Source: Promethearchaeota archaeon
GTDB taxonomy: Archaea > Asgardarchaeota > Lokiarchaeia > Sigyniarchaeales > SOKP01
Length of the DNA stretch: 64,000 nucleotides
Direction: 5' to 3'
Assembly: GCA_048941015.1 (NCBI GenBank)
Contig: JBHLNZ010000003.1
Span: 1 to 64,000, forward strand
Positions 20,216 through 30,146 of the stretch are shown here, piece by piece (position 1 is the stretch's first letter; each line of letters starts with the position of its first letter). The notes under the pieces were generated by a model. That model made no database searches, was not told the origin of the DNA, and saw only the letters and a list, made by a program, of their open reading frames with translations. The translations under genes and the position numbers were made by a program.

Positions 20216-21472
20216 ATGGCGTTAATAGATGGAATAAAAAAATTTTTCTTTAAATTAAAGCCTAATGTATTTGTTCAGGCTCCTGCGAGAATTAATTTAA
20301 TTAATCCTCTAGATGCTGTAGAGGGTGATTATTGGATGCCTTCTGTGGCTATTAATGGGATCGAAGACCCATTATCAGCATTCGTATATATTAAGGAAAC
20401 CCGTGAAAAAAGTGTTGTAAAATTTTATAACATTAATATAGAAGGAAATAAAGCGAATATCTCTCTAAAATCACAGAAAGATTTATTTAAACATAAAGTA
20501 ATTTTAAAAGAAGTAATTGATGACAAATTAAAAATAGTATATGCTAGTATATACCGATTTTCTATATATAATTCATATTTTTGGAATAAATTTAGAGAAA
20601 AGAACATCGAAATTGGTATAATGACAACTATCCCTCGGCAAAGTGGTTTAGGAGGCAGTGCATCCATAATAATTGCCCTTTTATATGGTTTAGCAGAATT
20701 TTTTCATATTTATAATAATTTTTCTCATTTACAGCCTGGTGAATTTCCGGTAAATAAAGACATCATAGCAGAGATGGCAACCAAGGTAGAAGACACAGAT
20801 TTGGGTGTTACAGCAGGATATTCAGATAGATATGTTATAAGCAGAGGTGGTTTGTGCTTCTGTTCTTATATAGGGAAATTGTATCATATGGAATTTTCAA
20901 AAGAACCTTTAGCTGTCTATGATAGAATTAATGATACTTATAATATAACTAATTTACCAATAATCGTCTGTTATTCTGGGATCATTCATGAAAGTGGATC
21001 AATCCATGGAAAATTAAGGGAAAATTATTTGAAGAAAGAACCAAAAATTTTAAGAGATTATGAAAAATTATCAGAGATCGCTTGGAAGTCTCGGTTTGCA
21101 ATTATGAAAAAGGATTGGCGTCTTTTAGGAAAATATTTTAAAGAAAACACTGAAATAATGAACAAGGTAATGAAAGATGCTGGATTTAAGTATGGAATTG
21201 GTTTAGCCAATAACTTATTAATAAATTTAATTCAAGATCATCCTGAAGTATATGCTGTTAAATTAACGGGAGCAGGTGGAGGAGGTTCCGTTTTTGCACT
21301 AACAAATCCTAATAAACTAGATGATGTTTTATTGGATTGGAAAAACAAATTAAGTAATTTAATTTATGAACAAGAGAAAATAGGTTCTCTTCCTTTGGAT
21401 TTAAGAAAAAGTTTAAGAAATGCAAAATTCTATAAAATTAAGATTGATCCTTATGGAGTGAAAAAGTTATAA
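20216..21472 (+). CDS. GHMP-family kinase (sugar/mevalonate kinase-like)
   Basis: APARINL, IPRQSGLGGSAS, KLTGAGGGG. Confidence 0.88.
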   Translation: MALIDGIKKFFFKLKPNVFVQAPARINLINPLDAVEGDYWMPSVAINGIEDPLSAFVYIKETREKSVVKFYNINIEGNKANISLKSQKDLFKHKVILKEVIDDKLKIVYASIYRFSIYNSYFWNKFREKNIEIGIMTTIPRQSGLGGSASIIIALLYGLAEFFHIYNNFSHLQPGEFPVNKDIIAEMATKVEDTDLGVTAGYSDRYVISRGGLCFCSYIGKLYHMEFSKEPLAVYDRINDTYNITNLPIIVCYSGIIHESGSIHGKLRENYLKKEPKILRDYEKLSEIAWKSRFAIMKKDWRLLGKYFKENTEIMNKVMKDAGFKYGIGLANNLLINLIQDHPEVYAVKLTGAGGGGSVFALTNPNKLDDVLLDWKNKLSNLIYEQEKIGSLPLDLRKSLRNAKFYKIKIDPYGVKKL

Positions 21473-21517
21473 TAGATTGGTTATGATAATTATTATATTA
21501 TTTTATGGTGTTTAAAA

Positions 21518-21712
21518 TTGAGTAAGTTCGAAAGATACACAAAACAAACAGATGAGGATATTTATCCACATAAGCATTGTAAAAAATGTGGACAAATGAT
21601 TGAAGAAGCATATAATTATTGCTCAGATTGTTATAATGCGTTAAAAGAAAAAAAGAAAAGAAAATGGTTCAAATTTAAAAGAAAGGCAAAAGATTCAATA
21701 GAAAATGATTAA
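21518..21712 (+). CDS. Small Zn-ribbon protein (DUF2116-like)
   Basis: PHKHCKKCG...YCSDC. Confidence 0.7.
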   Translation: MSKFERYTKQTDEDIYPHKHCKKCGQMIEEAYNYCSDCYNALKEKKKRKWFKFKRKAKDSIEND

Positions 21713-21746
21713 AAGAGAAAAATATTATTAGAAAATTGATATGCAG

Positions 21747-23465
21747 TTATATTTTTTGATAATTAATATTTAATCGATTTAAAACCCATTCCTTATCTAA
21801 AAGAGTGAGAAACGGACCTAATCTAGGACCAAATTTTTTTCCAAGAATTACTTCATATATCGCCTCAAATAACTTTTTAGGGGAGATATTCAATTCTTTC
21901 TTAGCAATTTTGAAAATTTCATTTTGTATTTCTTCTTCTGAAGGATTCTTATTCTCTAATAGATACCTCCTTAAACTTAAAATCCCTTTTCTTTGATTCT
22001 CAGTTAAAATAGTATCTATATTTTTATCTAGAGCCTCAGGAATTGAAAAAATTGAAACTTTATTTAAGATTGCTCTTTTATTTTTCTCATCAGGTTCGTT
22101 TTCAATAATGTTTTCTACTTCTTTAACCCAATTAATTGTACGTTCAAGAAGCTTTTCAAATTCGGCTAGTGATATCCATTCTTCAAATTGATCGTTATTA
22201 AGAATTGATCTTGTTTTTTCATATAATTTATCAAGACTTAGAATATTTTGCATCTGTGATAAAAATATAAGTAATCTATAGGGAATGATTTTTGAGTTTA
22301 GACGCGATTTTGTATTGATTTTAGTTAAGGGATACAAATATTTATAAAAGGCAACTTCATCATTGGACTCGGTTAATTTTTTGTTGAAAAAAGATTCCAT
22401 CCGCTCATAATAATCAAAATATTGAGGCATTTCTTCAAGTCTTAATGAAATATGCTTCATAGGATTTGTTCTAAGGATTAACATTCTAAATATTTCTGGA
22501 TCTGCTATATTTAAGTAATCTTTTGGAGTGAATACGATACCTTTGGATGTTTTCATATCCTGTTCTCCTAATCTTAACCATTCATAAGGAAGTTTAATTG
22601 GACCAATATAATCAAATATCTCTTGACATATTTCTAAACCGGTATCATAGGCTCCACCTTTAACGCTATGATCCTTTCCAGCGGGTTCACATGTAGTTTT
22701 GAATATGGCCCATTTTGCTGGCCAATCTATACGCCAATTTAATTTTAATCTACCGCTATAAATTGAGAATTCTCCCTTATAACCGCATGCAGGACACTCA
22801 TAAAATATTTTATTTTCTTGTTCAAGATATTTTTTTATACGGTTTGGTTTAATAGTTCCATCAGTCTTTTTAGATTGGATTTTACCACATTTTTCGCATA
22901 GAGCCATAACAGGCATCCAATTTTTTTGCATTTCAATGAATAATTTTTTTTTATTATCATCTAGAGTAGGCAAAATATATTTTCTTAGAATTTTTTTAAT
23001 CTTTTCTGTATTTTGGAGTGCAATTTTAATTTTTTCTTTCATTTCTTTTGTATTATATAAATCATAGGTCCAGATTATGTCATTTTTTATTCCAAAATCT
23101 TTAAAAGTTGATATAAGCTCATTACCAAAGTGTTTAGCATAACTTTCACAATTACATTCTTTAAAAGGGCACGGGATTAAAGCAAATGGTTTTCCTATAT
23201 GTTGATCTTGAAACTTCTTTTCTATATAAGGAGGAAATCTCTTAGCAGCATCAAAATCATCCATAAATAAATAAAAGTAAACTTCTTTACCTTTATCTTC
23301 AAATATTCTGTATAAAGCATCACAAATTATTACTTCTCTTAGAATTCCAATATGTATATGCCCTGAGGGTGTTTTACCTGTAGATAATGTAATTATTTTG
23401 GGGTTTCTATTCAATATTTTTTCTACAGTGTCTTCTAACCAATGAACTGAAAATTCTTTATTCAC
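21747..23465 (-). CDS. lysS: Class I lysyl-tRNA synthetase
   Basis: TPSGHIHIG, WRIDWPAKW, EPAGKDH, MKTSKG, GPRLG. Confidence 0.97.
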   Translation of the reverse strand: MNKEFSVHWLEDTVEKILNRNPKIITLSTGKTPSGHIHIGILREVIICDALYRIFEDKGKEVYFYLFMDDFDAAKRFPPYIEKKFQDQHIGKPFALIPCPFKECNCESYAKHFGNELISTFKDFGIKNDIIWTYDLYNTKEMKEKIKIALQNTEKIKKILRKYILPTLDDNKKKLFIEMQKNWMPVMALCEKCGKIQSKKTDGTIKPNRIKKYLEQENKIFYECPACGYKGEFSIYSGRLKLNWRIDWPAKWAIFKTTCEPAGKDHSVKGGAYDTGLEICQEIFDYIGPIKLPYEWLRLGEQDMKTSKGIVFTPKDYLNIADPEIFRMLILRTNPMKHISLRLEEMPQYFDYYERMESFFNKKLTESNDEVAFYKYLYPLTKINTKSRLNSKIIPYRLLIFLSQMQNILSLDKLYEKTRSILNNDQFEEWISLAEFEKLLERTINWVKEVENIIENEPDEKNKRAILNKVSIFSIPEALDKNIDTILTENQRKGILSLRRYLLENKNPSEEEIQNEIFKIAKKELNISPKKLFEAIYEVILGKKFGPRLGPFLTLLDKEWVLNRLNINYQKI

Positions 23466-23553
23466 TTTTAATCTACTTTTTAGCCGAAATCCTTAATTTA
23501 TCAAATGATAAAAATTATTTATCATTTTTCATTTTAGTCTGTAGAGAAAAATT

Positions 23554-25374
23554 ATGAGGATCGCTGTTTTAAATAAAGATCGATGCAAACCGGGCAAATG
23601 TAGTCCATTTGGAGAAAAACCATGCATTAAATATTGCCCTAGAGTAAGGACAGGTGATAAAACTATAGTTTTAAGTCCTGATGGGAAAAGGGTAATCATT
23701 ACAGAAAACCTATGTACTGGATGTGGTATTTGTATTAAAAAATGTCCTTTCAATGCAATCAGTATTGTTAATTTACCCGATCCTCTTGAAAGTGAGATTA
23801 CATATCGATTTGGAACTGACCAGTTTTCTCTTTTTAGAATGGCAATACCAAAAAAAGGAAAAGTTTTAGGATTAATAGGACAAAATGGCATTGGAAAGAG
23901 TACTATGTTAAAAATCCTATCTGGAGACTTAAAAATGAATCTTGGTCGTTTTGGAATAAATAGTCCTGATGAAAATGAGATTATTAATTTTTTTAAAGGT
24001 TCTGAACTTCAACAATACTTTATTGATTTATTTTCTGATAAAATTAAAATTGTCCTCAAGCCACAAAATATCACTATTATTCCTAAATATGTTTCTGGTA
24101 GAGTATATGATTTGTTAAAAAAGAATGATGAAAATAATAAGTTAGAGTTAATATTAAAATGGTTAAATTTAACTGAAATATTAGATCGAGAAATATCTGT
24201 TTTATCTGGTGGCGAATTACAAAGGGTTGCCATAGCAGCTGCCTACTTAAAAGATGGTGATGTATATCTTATAGACGAACCAAGTTCTTATTTGGATGTA
24301 AGTGAAAGAATCAATATGGCTAAATTAATTAGGTCATTAACAGATGAGAATAAAACTGTAGTGGTTGTTGAACATGATCTAGCAATATTAGATTATCTAA
24401 GCGATTATGTTTCATTATTTTATGGGCTTCCAAGCGTATATGGAATTATTTCTCATCCTCAAGGTGTTAGAGTAGGAATTAATATATATTTAAATGGTTA
24501 TATCAAAGATGAAAATGTAAGGATAAGAGATAAACCTATTCAATTTCATGAAAGACCTCCTTTAGATTCCGTTTTTAGTTCAGGTGACATTGTTTTCTCA
24601 TATGAAGATATGGGGAAAACTTTAGGAAATTTTAATTTAACTATATCAGGAAGTGAAATTCATGCGGGTGAAATAATAGGAATTTTAGGGCCAAATGGGA
24701 TTGGAAAAACTACTTTTATTGATTTAATAGCCCAAAAGGTTAAGTTAGATACTAATTTATTGGGTAATAATAAAGAGATCGAAAAATCAGAATTAAAAGT
24801 TGCTGTTAAACCACAATATATTAAAATTGATGATCTTGAATTAGTTTCCGAACTCATTATGAAGATCAAGTTATCTCCACATTTAAGTCAATCCTACAAG
24901 AAACGATTAATTAATATTTTAGATTTAGAAAATATTAGTGAACGAAAGGTTTTAGAATTAAGTGGAGGAGAATTGCAGCGTGTTGCCATAGGAAAATGTT
25001 TAGCAACAGATGCTGATATCTACTTATTAGATGAACCATCAGCTTTTCTTGACGTAGAAATGAGATTGTCTATCGCTCAATTATTAAGAAAGTCAATAGA
25101 AGAACTGAAAAAAGCTGCCTTTGTAGTTGAACATGATATTATTACTCAAGATTTTATTGCTGATTCTATTCTAGTTTTTAAAGGGATACCAGGATTAAAA
25201 GGAGAAGCATTACCACCTCAAAATTTAAGGGATGGATTTAACACTTTTTTAAAAATAATGGGTATTACTTTTAGGAGAGATTCAATTACTAAAAGACCTC
25301 GAGTAAATAAAATTGGAAGTAGTAAGGATCAATATCAAAAAAGGATTAATGAATATTATTATATAGGTAAATAA
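23554..25374 (+). CDS. ABCE1/RLI ribosome recycling ATPase
   Basis: N-terminal 2x[4Fe-4S] (CKPGKC...CPRV; CTGCGICIKKCPF), two NBDs with LSGGELQR. Confidence 0.97.
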   Translation: MRIAVLNKDRCKPGKCSPFGEKPCIKYCPRVRTGDKTIVLSPDGKRVIITENLCTGCGICIKKCPFNAISIVNLPDPLESEITYRFGTDQFSLFRMAIPKKGKVLGLIGQNGIGKSTMLKILSGDLKMNLGRFGINSPDENEIINFFKGSELQQYFIDLFSDKIKIVLKPQNITIIPKYVSGRVYDLLKKNDENNKLELILKWLNLTEILDREISVLSGGELQRVAIAAAYLKDGDVYLIDEPSSYLDVSERINMAKLIRSLTDENKTVVVVEHDLAILDYLSDYVSLFYGLPSVYGIISHPQGVRVGINIYLNGYIKDENVRIRDKPIQFHERPPLDSVFSSGDIVFSYEDMGKTLGNFNLTISGSEIHAGEIIGILGPNGIGKTTFIDLIAQKVKLDTNLLGNNKEIEKSELKVAVKPQYIKIDDLELVSELIMKIKLSPHLSQSYKKRLINILDLENISERKVLELSGGELQRVAIGKCLATDADIYLLDEPSAFLDVEMRLSIAQLLRKSIEELKKAAFVVEHDIITQDFIADSILVFKGIPGLKGEALPPQNLRDGFNTFLKIMGITFRRDSITKRPRVNKIGSSKDQYQKRINEYYYIGK

Positions 25375-25612
25375 TTGGATTGACATTAAAAAGTGCATTT
25401 TTTCGAGTGGAATTTTTTTTGAAATTTAGAACAATAAATTTAAGTTAATCATTTAATAATTTAATTTAAAAATAAAAGATGAATTTAAAACTGGGATCCA
25501 TCTAATTATTTATATTTGTTTTCTTCTAATTATCCACATAATTATTATAACTTCCAATAGAAATTGAGGAGTCTATAATAATTTTATTATATAAATTAAA
25601 AAAATAAAAGAT

Positions 25613-25867
25613 CTATGATTTAATTTTCCAAAAAACGAGTGGTCTACCTCGTTTTCCATTATTCCTTGTAAATTTCTCTATAATTTTCCTTTTCTGCAAT
25701 TTAAGTAAATTATCATAGATAGTAGTCCTTGGAATATTAAGAGTTTTGACTAATTCTCTTCGTGTAATTGCTCCATTTGTCTTTAACGCTTTGATTAGAT
25801 TATGCTGTATGGGAGTTAAAAATTCTTTTGATTCAAATATTTTTTCTGTAATGATATTTTTATCCAT
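25613..25867 (-). CDS. TrmB-like winged-helix DNA-binding protein
   Basis: LNIPRTTIYDNLLKL...GKRGRP. Confidence 0.8.
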   Translation of the reverse strand: MDKNIITEKIFESKEFLTPIQHNLIKALKTNGAITRRELVKTLNIPRTTIYDNLLKLQKRKIIEKFTRNNGKRGRPLVFWKIKS

Positions 25868-25978
25868 TATTTTTCATTCCTATTACATTTGATTTAAATT
25901 CGACAATTATTCGACATTTTAATTTGAATATCGAAATTTTAGTTTATAATATAATAAAGAACCAATATTTATATAAAG

Positions 25979-26013
25979 ATGCTTATTTATGCATTATTAT
26001 CATCAATAAGCAT
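25979..26013. promoter_or_regulatory. Inverted repeat (candidate operator) between divergent regulator genes
   Basis: ATGCTTATT-N17-AATAAGCAT, flanked by TATA-like boxes TTTATATA and TTTAAATA. Confidence 0.4.
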
Positions 26014-26073
26014 AAATTTAAATACGACAAAAATATTGATATTATTGTATAATAAAATTAATAGACATTACCT

Positions 26074-26460
26074 ATGACTGAAACAGCTAGAACAACTGTC
26101 ACATTAAGTAAAATCAGTATGAATCAGATAGAAGAATTAGTTGGTGTATTTGGAAATACCCCAGCTTCAGTAATTAGCAGAATTGTAGAACACTTTTTTG
26201 ATTATGGAAAATTTGATGACGTTTTAGCTAGATTAAGAGCAAAAAAAAGGGAGATTTATCCTCCTGATAAAGCAACAATTCATAGAAAAATTACAAATCT
26301 ATTCAAAGCAGCAAACAAAATACCATTTCAAGATTTCTGTGATTTCTTAGAAATTGACAGAAAATATGCTTTGAACAATCTTCATATCTGGACAGAAGAA
26401 TATAAAATTAGACTTATTGAAAATTTTGTTATAAAAGAAGAAAATAAGAATTTAAAATAA
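26074..26460 (+). CDS. Ribbon-helix-helix domain protein
   Basis: RTTVTLS...IEELVGVFGNTPASVISRIV RHH pattern. Confidence 0.65.
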   Translation: MTETARTTVTLSKISMNQIEELVGVFGNTPASVISRIVEHFFDYGKFDDVLARLRAKKREIYPPDKATIHRKITNLFKAANKIPFQDFCDFLEIDRKYALNNLHIWTEEYKIRLIENFVIKEENKNLK

Positions 26461-26499
26461 AAATCTTGATATCTTTATTTAATGTTATTTTCAAATTCT

Positions 26500-26709
26500 C
26501 TATCCTCCAAAAATATTAAAAAAATCATTTGATAAACCTAATGTCCAATCTAATAATGAAGTTATAACACCTACTATAATAAAAAATACAAATAAAGCAA
26601 ATCCAATAAGCAACGCGTATTCTACGAGATTGCCACCGTATTCATCCTCTAGGAATTGTCTGATCTTAACTTTTAATTTTCTAAAATTATGATAAAGCTT
26701 CTTTTTCAT
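26500..26709 (-). CDS. Flp-family type IVb pilin
   Basis: Basic leader followed by FLEDEYG|GNLVEYALL and a hydrophobic helix (canonical Flp motif). Confidence 0.85.
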   Translation of the reverse strand: MKKKLYHNFRKLKVKIRQFLEDEYGGNLVEYALLIGFALFVFFIIVGVITSLLDWTLGLSNDFFNIFGG

Positions 26710-26786
26710 AAATTATTCTTTTATAATTAAATCAATTTTCACTTTTTTAAATAGCACGAAAATTTTTATTAAATCTCAATAAAAAA

Positions 26787-27200
26787 TTAGTATTTAATGA
26801 TTTCTAATACTTCATCAAGATCCTTATCATTTGCTTGATTTCGAGGGATTTTCATGCTAAATCTAGCATCATTTTCGTTTCTAGGAATTATATGAACATG
26901 AAAGTGATTAATTACTTGACCAGCGGCTTCAAAGTTATTTTGAAGAATGTTATAACCATCTAGATTCAATTTTTTATGAATCAACGTAGCAATTTTCTTT
27001 ATGTCTCTATACAATCTTGATAATTCCTCATCAGGAATTTCTTCTAAATTAGCGTAATGGTTTTTAGGAATAACAATAGAATGTCCCTTTGAGACGGGAT
27101 AAATATCAAGGAAAGCTATATTATAATCATTTTCAAAAAAAATTTTTGAAGGAATTTGATGCTCTATTATTTGACAAAATACACAATCTTTTATTCTCAT
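26787..27200 (-). CDS. HIT-family nucleotide hydrolase
   Basis: DCVFCQI, GHSIVIPK, AGQVINHFHVHIIPR. Confidence 0.95.
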   Translation of the reverse strand: MRIKDCVFCQIIEHQIPSKIFFENDYNIAFLDIYPVSKGHSIVIPKNHYANLEEIPDEELSRLYRDIKKIATLIHKKLNLDGYNILQNNFEAAGQVINHFHVHIIPRNENDARFSMKIPRNQANDKDLDEVLEIIKY

Positions 27201-27340
27201 TCATTTCATCCATTTTAATATTCTAATTCTATTCTATAAATAACATAATTTTTCAAATATTATTTAAATTTTTAAAAAAATTTCCAGAGTGTTTAACTTT
27301 TTAATAATTAAAAAATCTTTATCATTACTTTACGACTATT

Positions 27341-28165
27341 ATGATTAAAATGTATCTAGAAGAAATTAGATCTCTTTTAGAAAATAGAATCGCACCCAAA
27401 ATTTATAATTTAGATTCAGAAATTTACGGCTTTCATTATGGATCAACACAGAATGAAAAAATAATTAAAAGAGTTCTTCTAACTGTTGATATAACACTAG
27501 AATCTATTCAATTTGCACTAAAAAATAAAATAAATCTAATAATTTCAATTTATCCATTAATATCTGAACCTTTAACTAATTTCAATCAGGATCTAGTAAA
27601 TAAGCTAACATTATTATCAAAATTGCCGATTACAATATTTGCTTTAAATTCACCCTTTATAGGAGCAGAAGGAGGCATCATTGATACCCTTATGGAAGCA
27701 TTATATTTGCAATTAGACAAAATTCTTGAGAAGAAAAATAAATGGGGAATAAAGTTGCCTATAGGTAGAATGTGTATTCCAAAAAAGTATATTAATGATG
27801 AGGCCCCCATAACTTTAGAAACACTAATTAAGCGTATAAGTTCGAACCTAAAAATGAAAACGGTAAGATATGTAGGAAACATAAAAAAGAACGTTAATAA
27901 GATATGCATTACAAATATACATTTTAATTTCTTAGATATAATTGAGAAATGTCTGAAAAATGAATGTGATTGTCTTATTATAACATGCATTGATTACAAT
28001 TTAGCGTCATATGCTAATAATTTAGGATTAAGCCTCATTGAGATCTCAGAATTTGAGATTAATTTTTTATCAATAAAAAAACTATTTAATATTCTAAGTT
28101 TACAATACCCTCATGAAGAATTTTTTATCTTTAATGCTGCAAGTCCATTGAAAATTCATCAATGA
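27341..28165 (+). CDS. Nif3/DUF34-like protein, metal ligands degenerate
   Basis: IKRVLLTVD, LIISIYPL (normally ITHHP), PIGRMC, IEISEFE (normally IDAGHY). Confidence 0.75.
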   Translation: MIKMYLEEIRSLLENRIAPKIYNLDSEIYGFHYGSTQNEKIIKRVLLTVDITLESIQFALKNKINLIISIYPLISEPLTNFNQDLVNKLTLLSKLPITIFALNSPFIGAEGGIIDTLMEALYLQLDKILEKKNKWGIKLPIGRMCIPKKYINDEAPITLETLIKRISSNLKMKTVRYVGNIKKNVNKICITNIHFNFLDIIEKCLKNECDCLIITCIDYNLASYANNLGLSLIEISEFEINFLSIKKLFNILSLQYPHEEFFIFNAASPLKIHQ

Positions 28166-28315
28166 TCGACTTGGCTCAATTTGATTTAAAAGTCTCGAAA
28201 ATTCTTAAATTTAAAATAATATTTTTATAAAATCCGAATTAAAAAAATTTAAAAACCTTAAAAACACTTTTCTTTTAATTTAATTGCATATTAAACTTAA
28301 AAAGAGAAAAATAAG

Positions 28316-28897
28316 ATGGTGTTATTAGAATATAATGGTAAAGGACCAAAGATTAGTGAAAATGCCTATGTAAGTCCCATGGCTACTATTATTGGAGATG
28401 TAAAAATAAATGATAATGTCATAATTTGGCCTGGTTCGATATTACGTGCTGAAAATTCACAAATTAATATAGGTGAATACACCACTATTTTTAATGGAGT
28501 TATATTATTCACAAGATCACAAAAATCATCTATAAATATTGGTCGTTATTGCATAATTGAAACAGGTGTAACAATTTTAGGTTGTTTTATGGAAGACTAC
28601 GTTCAAATTATGGAAGGAAGCCTTCTATTCGAAGAATGTTCAATTGGAGAAGGATGTATCATATTAAATAAGAGTCAAGTACCACCAGGTTTAACAATAC
28701 CAGCAAGATCAGTTTTAAAAGGAATTCCTGTCGAGACAATACGAGAACAAACTCGAAATGATATTTTAAAACAAAAAGAAAGGGCGGAACACTATGCTCA
28801 ATTATTTTTAAAAATAAAAGAACAGCTTCCAAATGCGCAATCTTATTTATTAACACTTCCAGATTTTATTAAATTAATTTTAGAAAAAGAGAATTGA
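28316..28897 (+). CDS. Gamma-carbonic-anhydrase-like left-handed beta-helix protein lacking Zn-binding His
   Basis: PKISENAYVSPMATIIGDV...WPGSILRAE hexapeptide repeats; no His in the beta-helix. Confidence 0.8.
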   Translation: MVLLEYNGKGPKISENAYVSPMATIIGDVKINDNVIIWPGSILRAENSQINIGEYTTIFNGVILFTRSQKSSINIGRYCIIETGVTILGCFMEDYVQIMEGSLLFEECSIGEGCIILNKSQVPPGLTIPARSVLKGIPVETIREQTRNDILKQKERAEHYAQLFLKIKEQLPNAQSYLLTLPDFIKLILEKEN

Positions 28898-28961
28898 ATA
28901 AAAGTGGCTTTCTTAAGGAAGATATTTAAATAAAAAAAGCACTAATTAAAAAAAAGATTTT

Positions 28962-29849
28962 TTATATTCTGATATTTAATTTTAAGACCAAATCTTTATA
29001 CCTAGAACGGAGAGTTACTTCAGTAACTCCTACTACATTTGCAATTTCTTTTTGTGAGATCCTTTTGTCCATTTTTTTACATACTAAATATAGAGCACCA
29101 GCACATAATCCTTTTGGATCTTTACCACTTGTTGAAAATTTTGAAGTGAATGATTGAAGTACTTTAATTGTGGCCTTTTCAACTTCCAAATCCAAGCCTA
29201 ATTCAGTTATAAACCTAGGTATAAGTGAAATAGGATTAGTTGAGGGTGCTTTCAAATTCATTTCTCTAATAATTGTTCTGTAACATCGCCTTACGTTTTT
29301 GGCATTAATAGCGGTCTCATCTAAGATTTCTTGAAGCGTTCTTGGAATTTTTTTATCTCTACATGCAAAGTAGAGGCATGCTGCGACCATTCCATTAATA
29401 GAACGACCTCTTAATAATTTTTTCTTAAAAGCTTCAATGTATAATCGAATAGCAGACTTTTTAACATGGTCTGGCAAATTTAAATTACTTCCGATTCTTT
29501 TTAATTCAGTTGTGGCTATTAACATATTTCTTTTATCCCAGGTCATTCGTGAATTCCATTTAGCAGCTCTCTTAAGATCAGGATTTTTAATACTAGATTT
29601 ATCTATTACTGTACTTAATCCCATATCTGGTAATAAAATCGAGATTGGAGATCCTGTTCTCTCTCTTCTTTCCTTTTCTTGTTTTGTAAAAGCTCTTTTC
29701 CCACTATGTGATATATCTAAACTTCTTTCACTTATAACAAGTCCACAACTACTGCAAACAATCTCTCCTTTTTCTTGAATTGAAATTGTCTTGCCTCCAC
29801 ATTCTGGGCATAAATTTAAATAAGCATTTAATTCTGATTTTACTTCCAT
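28962..29849 (-). CDS. tfb: Transcription initiation factor IIB
   Basis: CPECG...CSSCGLV, RERTGSP, LLRGRS, IPRTLQEI, SGKDPKG, VTEVTLRSRYK. Confidence 0.95.
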   Translation of the reverse strand: MEVKSELNAYLNLCPECGGKTISIQEKGEIVCSSCGLVISERSLDISHSGKRAFTKQEKERRERTGSPISILLPDMGLSTVIDKSSIKNPDLKRAAKWNSRMTWDKRNMLIATTELKRIGSNLNLPDHVKKSAIRLYIEAFKKKLLRGRSINGMVAACLYFACRDKKIPRTLQEILDETAINAKNVRRCYRTIIREMNLKAPSTNPISLIPRFITELGLDLEVEKATIKVLQSFTSKFSTSGKDPKGLCAGALYLVCKKMDKRISQKEIANVVGVTEVTLRSRYKDLVLKLNIRI

Positions 29850-30146
29850 AACTTTAACCCCATGAACTTCTTAAAGGTATTTAATTATAAAACTCAAATT
29901 TATATTTATCTGTAATCCAAATATTACCCCATGAATTAATGATACTAAAATTTGAAAATTACTTTATATTTGTAATGACTGAAACCCGCATATATTCTAT
30001 GAATGCAAGTAATTTATATTTAAGTAATGTATATAAATCTTTCGATTGTGCTTATTTTTAGTCGGAATAATCCTATTGGTTTAAATATTTAAAATTATGA
30101 ACTGGATTTTTTTTAAAAAATATGTTTGAGTTAATATTTAAATTAT

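Noticed and set aside
28160-28200. Possible third C/D RNA (AATGATCG...TTGA)
   Set aside because: Only one box pair, no terminal stem or second guide, and no recognisable target.
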